From Mobula hypostoma (taxonomy: Eukaryota): DNA of 64,000 bases. The position numbers and the translations under genes are program-made. Shown one piece after another: positions 12,770 to 26,064 of this stretch. Each line of letters opens with the position of its first letter. Position 1 is the first letter of the stretch. The notes below the pieces were generated by a model that saw only the letters and a list, made by a program, of their open reading frames with translations, had not been told where the DNA came from and ran no database searches. The DNA lies in contig NC_086119.1 of assembly GCF_963921235.1 (NCBI RefSeq), forward strand, positions 4,030,001 through 4,094,000, in the 5' to 3' direction.

Positions 12770-13510
12770 CTTAACCCATGACCTGTGTAGTCTCACCCAA
12801 CCTTAGTGGGAAAACCTGCTTGCATTTACCCTAGCTATACCCCTTATAATTTTGAGTAACCCTAACAAATCTCCCTCATTCTTCCATCGCTGGGGAATAA
12901 GGTCCTAACCTGTTCAACCTTTCCCTCTAACTCAGGCCCTCAAGTCCCGGCAACATCCCTGTAAATTTTCTCTGTACTTGTTCAATCTCACTGATATCTT
13001 TCCTATAGGTAGGTGACCAGAAATGCACACAATATTCCAAATTAGGCCTCATCAACATCTTATACAACTTCAACTTAAAACATTCCATCTCCTGTAATCA
13101 ATATTTTGCCTTTGAAGGCCAATGTGTCAAAATCTTTCTTTATGATTTTATCGAACTGTGATGCCACTTTGAAGAAATTATGGATCTGCATTTCCAAATC
13201 CCTGTTCTACCGCACTCCTCAATGCCCTATCACTCACTGTGTAAGACCCACCCTGGTTTGTCCTCCCAAAATGCAACACCTCACACTTGTCTGCATTAAA
13301 TTCCATCTGCCATTTTTCCAGCTGGTCCAGATCACACTCCAAGCTTTGATAGCCTTCCTCACTTCCACTGCGTCCCCTCCAATCTTGGTGTCATCCGTAA
13401 ATTTGCTGATCCAGTTAACCACATTATCATCCAGATCATTGACACAGATGACAAACAACAATGGACCCAGCACTGATCCCTGTGGCACTCCACTAGTCAC
13501 AGGCCTCCAG
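12770..13510 (-). mobile_element. Degenerate CR1 LINE RT fragment
   Basis: TSGVPQGSVLGPLLF...SKFTDDTKIGG on the minus strand. Confidence 0.85.
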
Positions 13511-13884
13511 TTATCCCGGTTCTATAGGGACATCCTTCTAATCTGTGGTACCCTTAACCTATGACCTCCCATTCTGATCTCACCCACCTCAGTGGAAAAT
13601 GCCTGCTTGCAATTATCCTGTCTATAGCGTTCATGATTTTGGGTATATCTATCAAATCGGTCTTAAGGCCTACACTTCTGGCTGCCTCAGTAAAGCAGCC
13701 AGCACAATCAATGGCTCTACTCTTCCCGGACATTCTCTCTTTTCCCCTCTCCCATCAGGCAGAAGATACAAAAGCCCGAAAGCACGTCTCACCAGGCTGA
13801 AGGGAAGATTCTACCCCGCTGTTACAAGACTATTGAACAGTCCCCTAGTACCGTAAGATGGATTCTTACCTCTCTTTTCAACCA

Positions 13885-14317
13885 TTATTGAGGTATGTAC
13901 CCAAAATATATGGTCTTACTTTCTAAGGGTATTTCACATCTGCTTCCGCTACTTTTTGATTAACGTTGGTGAGCTCAGATTTAATATTGTTCAGTTGTTT
14001 TATGTCTTTACGAAAGTCCCGTATCTCCTCCAGAACTTTTGCTAAACTTGCCTCTTCGTTTGAATGAGGGGTAGCGTTAACTTCGCCATCATGCGCCTGT
14101 GCAGGAGAGCTGTTCTCTGTATTTTCTTCATTTACAGGCTCTGCAATGGCGCTTGTTTTGTTTCCATCCCTTTTCCCCATTCTTGCCCCCCTTACCAGTT
14201 CAGGTGTTATCAAGAGTTTTGTATTTGGCGGTTTAACGGGGTGAAATAAGCGTTTTTTTTCCGGAGGAACTATTATTTTAGGCAGCCATTCTGGGTGATG
14301 ACGTCACTGGAACCGCA
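13885..14317 (-). mobile_element. L1/Tx1-like element 5' end (5' UTR plus ORF1 N-terminus), truncated or internally deleted
   Basis: Starts GCGGTTCCAGTGACGTCATCACCCAGAATGGCTGCC, followed by a coiled-coil ORF1-like peptide (LAKVLEEIRDFRKDIKQLNNIKSEL). Confidence 0.55.
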
Positions 14318-16420
14318 GTCTGTTATTCTTTTACCTCAATGCACTGTGAAATGAGTTGATCTGCATCAATGGGGTGCACGACAAGTTTTTTCCTGCACCT
14401 CTGTATATGAGCCAATAAAAAACTTTGAGAAACTTTGAACTTTACTGTGCTCACGGACTTCTTCATCAAGTTATGGTATGGTTACACTGTTTGTAACTAC
14501 ATGTTATAATTATGTGGTTTTGTCAGTTTTTTCAGTCTTGGTTTGTCCTGTGTTTTGTGATATCGCACCGGAGGAAATAATGTATCATTTCTTAATGCAT
14601 GCATTACTAAATGACAATAAAAGAGGACTACGTATCTTCATAATCATAATCATAAAAAATAAATAACTGATTTCCCTCTAACCCAGTCCTGGTTGGGATA
14701 GGAGGTGGTGATGGGAGCTACGAGGACCTCTTTGCCTGGGACTATTACACCACTGAGCTCCAGGTGCAACCCAACAAACCTGGCACTTACAGTGTGGTAG
14801 TTACACACCCACCCAAGCACTAGAGATTTCTCCAGGACCCGCCTGCTGTTTACATCTGACTGCAGGCAGTTCCAGGGATGTCTGAGACGTGGTCTGCTAT
14901 CCACAACATCGTCCTGGCAGAGGGGCTGCGGGATGTCTGAAGCTGGAATCAGTCACCACAAGAGTCAAAGAGTCACACAGACTGGAAGGGGGTGCTCTTC
15001 CCTCCTTTACTTTCTTCCATGGCCTTCTGTCCTCTCCGATCAGACTCCCCCTTCCCCAGCCCTGTGTCAATCAACTTCCCAGCTCCCTGCTTCATCCCTC
15101 CTCCTTGAGGTTTCACCTATCACCTTGAGTTTCTCTCTCCTCTCCCCCACCTTTTAAATCTACTCCTCAGCCCTCTTCTCCAGTCCTGCCCGATACGGCG
15201 ACTGTACTGCTTTCCATAGATGCTGCCTGGCCTGCTGAGTCCCTCCAGCATTTTGTGTGTGTTGTTCCAACTGGTCCACGGTGACCAAGATTGCCACCTG
15301 AGCCCGTTCCATTTGCCCGCGTTTGCCCATATCTCTCTAAGCCAGGCATTCCCACCTTTTTTAAGCCGTGGAACAATACCAGTAAGCAAGGGCTCTGTGG
15401 ACTCCAGGCTGGGAACCCCTGCTCAGAAACTTTCCTGTCCAAACGTTTCAAATGCCGTTAATGTACCTGCCTCAACAACTTCTTCTGGCATCTCAGTCCA
15501 TATACTGACCACCCTCCGGGTGGAGATGTTGCCCTTTGGGTTCCTATTATCATAAGACATAGGCACATAATAAGGCCATTCCGCCCATCGAGTCTATGCC
15601 ATTCCATCATGGCTGATTTATTAACCTTCTCAACCCTATTCTCCTGTTTACTTCCCATAACCTTTGGTGCCCTGACTAATCAAGAACCTATCAACCTCCA
15701 CTTTAACATACACAATGACTCGGCGTCCACAGCTGCATGACAGTACAAAGTACAAAGTAAATTAAAATATTGCCATTCTGATCCGGGATGCAGTTTATCC
15801 CTGGTGGTACCCAACAGTCCCAGAACACCTTCCTGGTGTCCGTGGACACAGGGTGTTATTTTCCCCAGGATACGAGTGGTCTGAGGGGAGGGGTCACTGA
15901 CCCTTGTCCTGGACACTGCAGTCCTGCGAAACAGCCTCACCTACAGCAAGTCATAAGCTTGAGATTCTGCCGAGCAACACACACAAGATGCTGGAGGAAC
16001 TCAGCAGGTCAGGCAGCATCCATGGAAATGAACAAACAGTCGATGTTTCCGGCCACGACCCTTTATCAGGATTGGAAAGGAAAGTGGGGAGAGGGGAAGG
16101 AGTACAAATTGGCAGATGATGGGTGAGACCAGGTGAGGGGGAAGGTGGGTAGGGGAAGAGGGGATGAAGTGAGAAGCTGGGAGGTGATAGGTGAAAAAGA
16201 TAAAGGGCTGAAGAAGGAACCTGATAGGATAGGAGAGTGGACCATGGAAAGAAGAAAAGGAGGGGAAACAGAGGGAGGCGATGGACAGGTGAGAAGAAGA
16301 GAAGGGGGGCAATGGAATGAGAGGGAGTAGAGGAGGCCCTGGGAAAACATGCTTGTTGTGGATGGTATGTGTTATTCACAAACAGCTCAGTGTCCAGGCC
16401 AGGCTCCCGGTGGTCCCTAC

Positions 16421-16529
16421 CTGCCAGACCCAGCTCCTTCACCACCTTCTCCATGTCGGTGGTCTCTGGGTCGATGCGAACGGCTCCCTCCAAGTGACTG
16501 ACTTCATACTCGGCCGGACTGCGGACGTC
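16421..16529 (-). CDS. Rhodanese-domain gene B, coding exon 2
   Basis: CTCTCGTTACAG acceptor, DVRSPAEYEVSHLEGAVRIDPETTDMEKVVKELGLA, GTAGGG donor; 109 nt. Confidence 0.92.
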
Positions 16530-17199
16530 CTGTAACGAGAGGGAGACCCTGGTCTGTTGGCTTCACTCCCTGGGTGGAGCTTGCACGCTCTACCTGTGAC
16601 CGAGCGGGGAGGTGAGGGTTCTCCCACTCTGGGGAAGGGCTCCATCTCCTCTAACATCCCAGTGATGTGCAGGGTCGGTGGGTTAATGTTCCGTAGTCGC
16701 GGGGGAGGCGGGGGTACTGACACATGTGCGAGTAAGTCATAGTAGGAGAATGGGCCGGACAGGGTCACTGGGGTGGGCCGAATGACCTCCTGTACCCAAG
16801 GCAAAGGTGAGGACGTGGTACTGAGAATTGCCATCTGAACCCCATTAGGTGTTTATTTCACGGGGGAAAGTCCAGAGAAAGTGAGATTCCCAACAAGCAA
16901 GAATTTACAGTAAGACTGTTCTTGTTTGCACATATCTATGAAAAATATTCAGACTTATCAACCTAAACTGCCTTTGCTAGTATGCCAAGTTGTATGCACC
17001 ATGAGGATGAGCTTTGACCTGGCCAGGTTGCTAGGCAACACCTTCAAGCTACACTCAAAAGCAGATACATTGTGGGCCACTAGCCTTGGGAAGTGCCCAG
17101 AGACACAGCAGAGAAGTCAGTCAAACTCTCAGGGAGAGAAAAGGGGACTTTTGAAGTCCAAATAAAAATAATAAATAAAGAAGCGGGAAAATAGAGCAA

Positions 17200-17790
17200 A
17201 TATCTGCGGTACCTACAGCTACTTACCTAATAAAGCCCCCTGGGACATTTGATTTCTCTAAACCAGGGGACTTTGAGAGATAGTTCAGATGCTTTGAGAG
17301 ATTCAGGGTTGCAAGCAATCTCACTCAGGCTTCAGAAGAGCATCAAGTAAGCACACTGATATACTGCATGGGTGATAATGCAGATGACATCATGAGGCTA
17401 TTAGGATTGACAGATGCTCGGGAAAAGGAGTACAACACAGTTCAGGACAAATTAAAGAATATTTCAGAGAGTGATATATGAGAGGGCAAAGTTCAACTCC
17501 AAAAAACAGGAGCCTGAAAGTGTAAATGACTTTATCACAGCGTTGTATGCCTTGTCGGACAACTGTGCATATGGAAATCTGAGAGATGAGCTCATTAGAG
17601 CCAGGATTGTTGTCGGGCTACTAGGCACCAAATTGTCAGAGAGACTTCGTTGCAGGTACATCTGACAATAGAGAAAGCTGTTACTACAGTCAGGCAGAGT
17701 GAGAATGTTCATCAGCAACAGGCAGAACTCGGGCACAAAAATGACACTGAGGTAAATCTCGAAGCCGTACGAAGAAAAGTGTTGTCAATA
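17200..17790 (+). mobile_element. Gypsy-type LTR retrotransposon gag remnant
   Basis: Translation FERFRVASNL...QVSTLIYCMGDNADDI...IYERAKFN..KQE.ESVNDFITALY.L...C.YG.LRDELIRARIVVG is typical of Gypsy gag; contains stops and frameshifts. Confidence 0.8.
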
Positions 17791-17844
17791 AAGTTCAGTT
17801 GGATAGCCTGCATGCTGGCCCCCTGGTGTTATTCTGCACTCTCC

Positions 17845-18700
17845 CTCAATATTGAACACTATTCGGAGAAGTCTTGTCAGAAGTGCTCTTTGTGAAAGAA
17901 TTGCTGCCGAGAATCCATTCCTCCGAAGAGGAAACAAAGCCAAGAGACTCACCTATGCACAAAAACACAAGGACAGGGGTACTGAACAAGGACAGCAAGT
18001 GCCCTGGACTGACAAGTCAAACTTCTCATCTTTTGGCTCAAACAGGAGGCAGTATATCTGTAGAAAGCTGGTGAGCTCTACGTGGTTGAGTGTCTACACC
18101 CAACAGCGAAGCAGGGCAGAGGCTCCCTGCAGGTCTGGGGCTGCATTTCTGCAAATGGAGTTGGTGATCTGGTCAGAATTAATGGATCCTCAATGCTGAG
18201 AAGAATATAAGCAGATTCTCATCCATCACACACCATCAGAGAAGCATCTGATCAGTCCCACCTTCATTCTGCAACAGGACAATGACTCCAAACATACAGC
18301 CAAGGCCATAAAGAACTATCTTCAATGAAGAGAAAAATAAAGTCTGCAATAATGGTATGGCCACAGAGTCCTGATCTCGACATCATCGAGGCTGTCTAGG
18401 ATTACCTGGAGAGACAGAGGCAAGTGAGACAGCCAGAGTCTGCAGATGAAATCAGGCAAATTCTTCAAAATGCTTGGAACAATTTACCAGCTGATTTTCT
18501 TATAGAACTGCGCAAGTGTACCGGAGAGAAGTGACGCAGTTTTCAAGGCAAAGGCTGGTCACACCAAATATTGACTTGATTTAGTTTGCTACTCTTTACA
18601 GTATTTTTTATATATTTAGAAACTTTTCATGGTTTTTGAAAGTGTCTTTCCTTTACGGAATTTTTTCAAGTCTGTAAGACTATTTTACATAGTACTTTGT
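17845..18700 (+). mobile_element. Degenerate Tc1/mariner transposase, 3' part
   Basis: Motifs NKAKRLTYAQKH...WTDKS, QQDNDSKHT, WPQSPDLDIIE and terminal GHTKY* across frameshifts. Confidence 0.85.
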
Positions 18701-18794
18701 ATAAGTTGAGATGCATTCTATATTGAGTTGGAGTTTAGAGTTAAGCTAAGCATATTTAACATTTCAGTAATGTTGTAAATATATTATTTGATGA

Positions 18795-19215
18795 GGGAAG
18801 AGATGGGGAGGGGTTAAGAGATGGGGGTAAGAGGCGGGGGTAAAGAGACAGAGGGTAAGAGTTGGGTGGGGGAAGAGATGGGGATGGTAAGAGAGAGGAG
18901 TGAGTGATGGGGTAAGTGAAGGAGATAAGACACAGATGTAAGAGTTGGGGTAAGATATGGGGGTTGAGAGCCAGGAAGTAAGTAATAGGAGGTAAGAGAC
19001 TGTTAAGAAATGGGGAAGAGACGGTGGATAAGAGACAGGTGGGGGAAAGACGGGGGTAAGAGATGGGGATAAGAAAGGTGGGGTAAGTAGACGAGAGTGG
19101 CTGAAGAGACGGAGAAGAAATGGGGGTTAAGAGACGAGGGTGGGCGAAGAAATAGGGGATGAGAGACGGGAAGGAAAGAATCGGGGTTGGAGGAAGGGAC
19201 GCGGTTTGAGTACAA
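18795..19215. repeat. Purine-rich low-complexity tract
   Basis: GA-rich degenerate GGGGTAAGAGA repeats. Confidence 0.7.
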
Positions 19216-19344
19216 GAGAGTTTGGGGGAGGATACGTTGTATATATCCCGGGTCATTTGCCAGCGCTGAGCTGCGGCCTGGGCGTTGGGCGGTTTAAGTT
19301 GCCCGGACCCGCTGCCCCATCGGGATCGGTCTGTCCGCGCTCAC

Positions 19345-19455
19345 CAACACTAGCAGCCGCTCCCGCTCCTCCCGAAGCAGCTTCTCCACAGCGTCCGAGC
19401 CCAGGTTCCGTACCGAAGGGAAGCGGTGCCGGATCCACTCGGTCACCGGCTCCAT
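19345..19455 (-). CDS. Rhodanese-domain gene B, coding exon 1; full CDS complement(join(12331..12602,16421..16529,19345..19455)), 163 aa
   Basis: ATG at 19455, MEPVTEWIRHRFPSVRNLGSDAVEKLLREERERLLVL, GTGAGC donor; 16 nt differences in 111 versus exon 1 of gene A. Confidence 0.9.
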
Positions 19456-21485
19456 GACGCAGCCCAGATCCCGGGACAAGACCCCACCTCCTGGACAAAC
19501 CCTCTCAACTGACCCCGCCCCCCACCCACCCTTTCTATTCCCTCAGAACCCGGCTTCTCCCATGACCAAAAGCCCCCAGCCCAACCCAATGCGACAGGTT
19601 CTGTGCACAGCAGGATCCCATGACAGTGAGGAACGGGGAATTGGTATGTGTCGGTGGTCCCAGGAGACCCACCCCCCACCCGGATATTCCCGTGCCAGCA
19701 AGGACGTGGGATGAAGAGGGCCGTACCTGTGACTGAAGAGCGCTTTCTCAGCTCCTACCCCCAGCGGAGGTACCAGGACCGGGTACCCAGGGACACCCCG
19801 AGCTAATCACTGTGACTCCCCACCCCACCCCCTCTCTGGCTCCTTGGTGTTGCCCTGAATGGTTCCAAAAGTACCCAATGCCTGTTCCACGAACAGCCCT
19901 GCACCTGTCAGACACGGTGCAGCTTTGAGTCCCGGATTCCAGAATGTCAGATGCCCAGCCTTTCCAGTTCGTGCATCGTTCCAATGTCATTGCTGTTGTA
20001 GGGGGAAGAATAGCAAAGGCTAATAACTAATAGATAGTGATGTGGATTGTTTTAATGTGATGATAACAGATAAAAGCAGAAATCTGGAATGCAAAAGCAA
20101 CAACACCCAAGTTTCAGCAAGTTCACTAATTATATTGTGCACCCATTGTTGTAATAGAAAATTGGATTTGCTATCAGACCTGTTTTATTCTATAATCAGG
20201 ACCTAGTTTGTTACTTAAACCCCCCTGTAGCAAAATGTTACTGGTAAACTCATCCATTGAGGTCAGCTTTCACAGGTCTCCTGGGCCACACCAGCTTTTA
20301 ACAAATCGTTCGTTATTTCAAACACCAATTCTGTTTGCTCTGATAATCCATTTCTCTCTCTACAGCTGCTGCCTGACCCACTTCTTCACATTCATGGTTA
20401 CTGCTGATCACAATGAAGAGGGAAACCGGGGGGGGGGGGGGGGGGTCATTTAACTGGTGGAATTGGTCCAAGCTAGTACAGGCTTGATAAGACAAATGGC
20501 CTCCAAAGGAAATCTGGAAGATATGAGTTTTGATTCTCACTCCTGCACCACAATCAGTTCCGTACCTGGTCAGTAAAGTTCAACAGATTTTATCATTCCA
20601 CCACAGATGGGCAGAGTCTCAACTGCCAAGATCCAGCATTCCCACATCCTGTTCCACACCCTCTCAACACCTCCACTAGTTTAAAACCCACACGCTTTCA
20701 TCAAAATTTGCTATGTCCCATAATGTTCTGTAGGGTTATATTAAAGGTGCCTGTATAAATGTGCAGTTAATGTAACGCACCCATCACCAGCGATCCCGGT
20801 TTAATTCCTGCCAGTGTCTGTAACAGTTTGCACATTCTCTCCATGACCACGTGGATTTCCTCCAGGTGCTCTGGTTTCCTCCCACAGTCCAAAAGTGTAG
20901 AGTTTAAAATCAGTAAGTTATGGACATGCTACGTTAGCACCAGAAGCGTGGTGACATTTGCGGGCTGTTCCCAGCACACCCTCAGAATGTGTTGGTTGTT
21001 GACACATTTCACTGTGTGGTTCAGTATGCATGTGACTAATAAAAGCTAAACTTTACAATATTATCTTCATAAGGTGGCCATTCACTTTCCCCCAGCATTT
21101 TGGCTGTGGCAGGTCTAGAACTGGAAATGATGTTGGTTTAGATGCAGAGTTTTGACCAAAAACACCAACAAGATCTCCCACCTCCATCCACAGAGGCTGC
21201 TTGACTTACAGAGATCCCCCAGTAGATTCCAGCCTCAGCAGTCTTGTTTCCATAAATTCCCACCCCTGCTGTAATTGATCACCTATTAATGAACCCTTGT
21301 CACTGTGAAAGTTTAACCCTGCTTGAAATTGCCCTTTCAAACACGCCTACTCACTTGTTTACACAACAAAGTAAGAGCTTTCAATGTCTGCAGGGACTGC
21401 AAAGACCAAGGTTACAAAAAATGAGGGCCAATGCTGCAATCCCGGCAACACACCAGTGCAGCGAGATTCCAGAGGCACTTTACTG

Positions 21486-24400
21486 CAGTCCCAGTACCTG
21501 GTGTTACAGTGACAGACCCGTCCCCACCGGTACCGTACCCCGGAGTTACACAGTGACATACCCGTCCCCACTGGTACCATACCCTGGCGTCATACAGTGA
21601 CAGACCCGTCCGCACCAGTCCCAGTACCTGGTGTTACAGTGACAGACCCGTCCCCACCGGTACCGTACCCCGGAGTTACACAGTGACAGACCCGTCCCCA
21701 CCAGTCCCGTACCCCGGAGTTATACAGTGACAGACCCGTCCCCACCGGTACCGTACCCCGGAGTTATACAGTGACAGACCCGACCCCACCGGTACCGTAC
21801 CCCGGAGTTATACAGTGACGGACCCGTCCCCACCGGTACCGTACCCCGGAGTTATACAGTGACAGACCCGTCCCCACTGGTACCATACCCTGGCGTTATA
21901 CAGTGACAGACCCGTCCCCACTGGTACCATACCCTGGCGTTATACAGTGACAGACCCGACCCCACTGGTACCATACCCTGGCGTTATACAGTGACAGACC
22001 CGTCCCCACCGGTACCGTACCCCGGAGTTATACAGTGACGGATCCGTCCGCACCGGTACCGTACCCCAGAGTTATACAGTGACGGACCCGTCCACACCGG
22101 TACCATACCCCGGTGTTATACAGTGACGGACCCGTCTGCACCAGTCCCAGTACCTGGTGTTACTGTGTCTGACCCGTCCCCACCGGTACCGTACCCCGGT
22201 GTGATACAGTGACAGACCCGTCCCCACCGGTACCGTACCCCGGTGTTATACAGTGACGGACCCGTCCACACCGGTACCGTACCCCGGTGTTATACAGTGA
22301 CGGACCCGTCTGCACCAGTCCCAGTACCTGGTGTTACTGTGTCTGACCCGTCCCCACCGGTACCGTACCCCGGTGTGATACAGTGACAGACCCGTCCCCA
22401 CCGGTACCGTACCCCGGCGTTACACAGTGACAGACCCGTCCCCACCAGTACCGTACCCCAGTGTTATACAGTGACAGACCCATCCCCACCGGTACCATAC
22501 TCCAGTGTTACACAGTGACAAACCCGTCCCCACCAGTACTGTACCCCGGTGTTACACAGTGACAGACCCGTCCGCACCAGTCCCAGTACCTGGTGTTACA
22601 GTGACTGACCCGTCCCCACCGGTACCGTACCCCGGCGTTATACAGTGACAGACCCGTCCCCACTGGTACCGTACCCTGGTGTTATACAGTGACAGACCTG
22701 TCCCCACCGGTACCGTACCCCGGTGTTACACAGTGACGGACCCGTCCCCACCGGTACCGTACCCTGGCGTTATACAGTGACGGACCCGTCCGCACCGGTA
22801 CCGTACCCCAGAGTTATACAGTGACGGACCCGTCCGCACCGGTACCGTACCCCAGAGTTATACAGTGACGGACCCGTCTGCACCAGTCCCAGTACCTGGT
22901 GTTACAGTGTCTGACCCGTCCCCACCGGTACCGTACTCCAGTGTTACACAGTGACTGACCCATCCCCACCGGTACCGTACCCCGGTGTTACACAGTGACA
23001 AACCCGTCCCCACCAGTACCGTACCCCGGTGTTACACAGTGACAGACCCGTCTCCACCGGTACCGTACTCCGGTGTTACACAGTGACTGACCCATCCCCA
23101 CCGGTACCGTACCCCGGTGTTACACAGTGACAAACCCGTCCCCACCAGTACCGTACCCCGGTGTTACACAGTGACAGACCCGTCCCCACCGGTACCGTAC
23201 TCCAGTGTTACACAGTGACTGACCCATCCCCACCGGTACCGTACCCCGGTGTTATACAGTGACAAACCCGTCCCCACCAGTACCGTACCCCGGTGTTACA
23301 CAGTGACAGACCCGTCTCCACCGGTACCGTACTCCGGTGTTACACAGTGACTGACCCATCCCCACCGGTACCGTACCCCGGTGTTACACAGTGACAAACC
23401 CGTCCCCACCAGTACCGTACCCCGGTGTTACACAGTGACAGACCCGTCTCCACCGGTACCGTACTCCAGTGTTACACAGTGACTGACCCATCCCCACCGG
23501 TACCGTACCCCGGTGTTACACAGTGACAGACCCGTCTCCACCGGTACCGTACTCCGGTGTTATACAGTGACAGACCCGTCCCCACCGGTAACGTACCCCG
23601 GTGTTATACAGTGAGACCCATCACCACTGGTACCGCACCCCGGTGTTGTACAGTGACAGACCCGTCCCCACCGGTACCGTACCCCGGTGTTATACAGTGA
23701 GACCCATCACCACCGGTACCGCACCCCGGTGTTGTACAGTGACAGACCCATCCCCACCGGTACCGTACCCCGGTGTTGTACAGTGACAGACCCGTCCCCA
23801 CCGGTACCGTACCCCGGTGTTATACAGTGACGGACCCGTCCACACCGGTACCGTACCCCGGTGTTATACAGTGACGGACCCGTCTGCACCAGTCCCAGTA
23901 CCTGGTGTTACTGTGTCTGACCCGTCCCCACCGGTACCGTACCCCGGTGTGATACAGTGACAGACCCGTCCCCACCGGTACCGTACCCCGGCGTTACACA
24001 GTGACAGACCCGTCCCCACCAGTACCGTACCCCAGTGTTATACAGTGACAGACCCATCCCCACCGGTACCATACTCCAGTGTTACACAGTGACAAACCCG
24101 TCCCCACCAGTACTGTACCCCGGTGTTACACAGTGACAGACCCGTCCGCACCAGTCCCAGTACCTGGTGTTACAGTGACTGACCCGTCCCCACCGGTACC
24201 GTACCCCGGCGTTATACAGTGACAGACCCGTCCCCACTGGTACCGTACCCTGGTGTTATACAGTGACAGACCTGTCCCCACCGGTACCGTACCCCGGTGT
24301 TACACAGTGACGGACCCGTCCCCACCGGTACCGTACCCTGGCGTTATACAGTGACGGACCCGTCCGCACCGGTACCGTACCCCAGAGTTATACAGTGACG

Positions 24401-25480
24401 GACCCGTCCGCACCGGTACCGTACCCCAGAGTTATACAGTGACGGACCCGTCTGCACCAGTCCCAGTACCTGGTGTTACAGTGTCTGACCCGTCCCCACC
24501 GGTACCGTACTCCAGTGTTACACAGTGACTGACCCATCCCCACCGGTACCGTACCCCGGTGTTACACAGTGACAAACCCGTCCCCACCAGTACCGTACCC
24601 CGGTGTTACACAGTGACAGACCCGTCTCCACCGGTACCGTACTCCGGTGTTACACAGTGACTGACCCATCCCCACCGGTACCGTACCCCGGTGTTACACA
24701 GTGACAAACCCGTCCCCACCAGTACCGTACCCCGGTGTTACACAGTGACAGACCCGTCCCCACCGGTACCGTACTCCAGTGTTACACAGTGACTGACCCA
24801 TCCCCACCGGTACCGTACCCCGGTGTTATACAGTGACAAACCCGTCCCCACCAGTACCGTACCCCGGTGTTACACAGTGACAGACCCGTCTCCACCGGTA
24901 CCGTACTCCGGTGTTACACAGTGACTGACCCATCCCCACCGGTACCGTACCCCGGTGTTACACAGTGACAAACCCGTCCCCACCAGTACCGTACCCCGGT
25001 GTTACACAGTGACAGACCCGTCTCCACCGGTACCGTACTCCAGTGTTACACAGTGACTGACCCATCCCCACCGGTACCGTACCCCGGTGTTACACAGTGA
25101 CAGACCCGTCTCCACCGGTACCGTACTCCGGTGTTATACAGTGACAGACCCGTCCCCACCGGTAACGTACCCCGGTGTTATACAGTGAGACCCATCACCA
25201 CTGGTACCGCACCCCGGTGTTGTACAGTGACAGACCCGTCCCCACCGGTACCGTACCCCGGTGTTATACAGTGAGACCCATCACCACCGGTACCGCACCC
25301 CGGTGTTGTACAGTGACAGACCCATCCCCACCGGTACCGTACCCCGGTGTTGTACAGTGACAGACCCGTCCCCACCGGTACCGTACCCCGGTGTTGTACA
25401 GTGACAGACCCGTCCCCACCGGTACCGTACCCCGGTGTTATACATTGACAGACCTGTCCCCACCGGTACTGTACACCAGG
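21486..25480 (+). repeat. 44-bp CpG-rich minisatellite, ~90 copies, with a 1574-bp higher-order duplication
   Basis: Unit GTTATACAGTGACAGACCCGTCCCCACCGGTACCGTACCCCGGT. The variant pattern at 22261 recurs at 23835, and identical ORFs occur at 23601 and 25175. Confidence 0.97.
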
Positions 25481-25871
25481 ACTGCTGGATTGGACAGGAA
25501 GGTTAAAGTTTTGGCTGGGTGTAGACCTTCAAAACACACTGAAATCTAGTAACATGGTCTTACTGTATATTGCGCTAGTTCCTTCTACAAATGGCTAATA
25601 TTTCTGGGTTTTCAACTGGATAACGTCCAGAGAGTTGTGTTCTGTCCCACTGACAGAAACTCTCAGCAGTGAATCGAGCTGATGTTGAAGAGTGCAGAGC
25701 TGCAGATTGGGGCACATTGTCCTCACTCAATCGCTTCACCTCTGAACTGTTCATAAAACAAATCTCCAAGGGAGGGGTCCTTTCCTGCCCCAGGTGTGCC
25801 AGGAGAACGCCTATGTTGAAGTTTGCTGCGGCAGCCTTCACTCTGGCCTCCCCTGACGCTCTCCGGCACCC

Positions 25872-26064
25872 TCACTTGCCAGACGCGTTGTTCTGCTGCT
25901 GTTGCTCTGCCAGGGCCTGCTGCAGCCTGACCCGCTTGCGGGAGTAGTGCTGCCAGTGGAGAAGCTGCTGCTCGTCGATGAACTTGGCACACTGCGCGTT
26001 CACCAGCTCCTTGCGGAAGTGCTCGTACTGCAGCAGCTCCAGCATGTGCAGGCACTGGGGGTAT
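25872..26064 (-). CDS. MED31: Mediator subunit 31, exon 4
   Basis: YPQCLHMLELLQYEHFRKELVNAQCAKFIDEQQLLHWQHYSRKRVRLQQALAEQQQQNNASGK*, nearly identical to the vertebrate MED31 C-terminus; CTGCAG acceptor. Confidence 0.98.

Noticed and set aside
17812-17830. CTCF-like site (ACACCAGGGGGCCA on the minus strand)
   Set aside because: A single imperfect motif at a transposon junction with no independent support.
21486-25480. CRISPR-like array with a palindromic repeat
   Set aside because: Units are contiguous with no unique spacers, there are no cas genes, and the context is vertebrate; it is a minisatellite.
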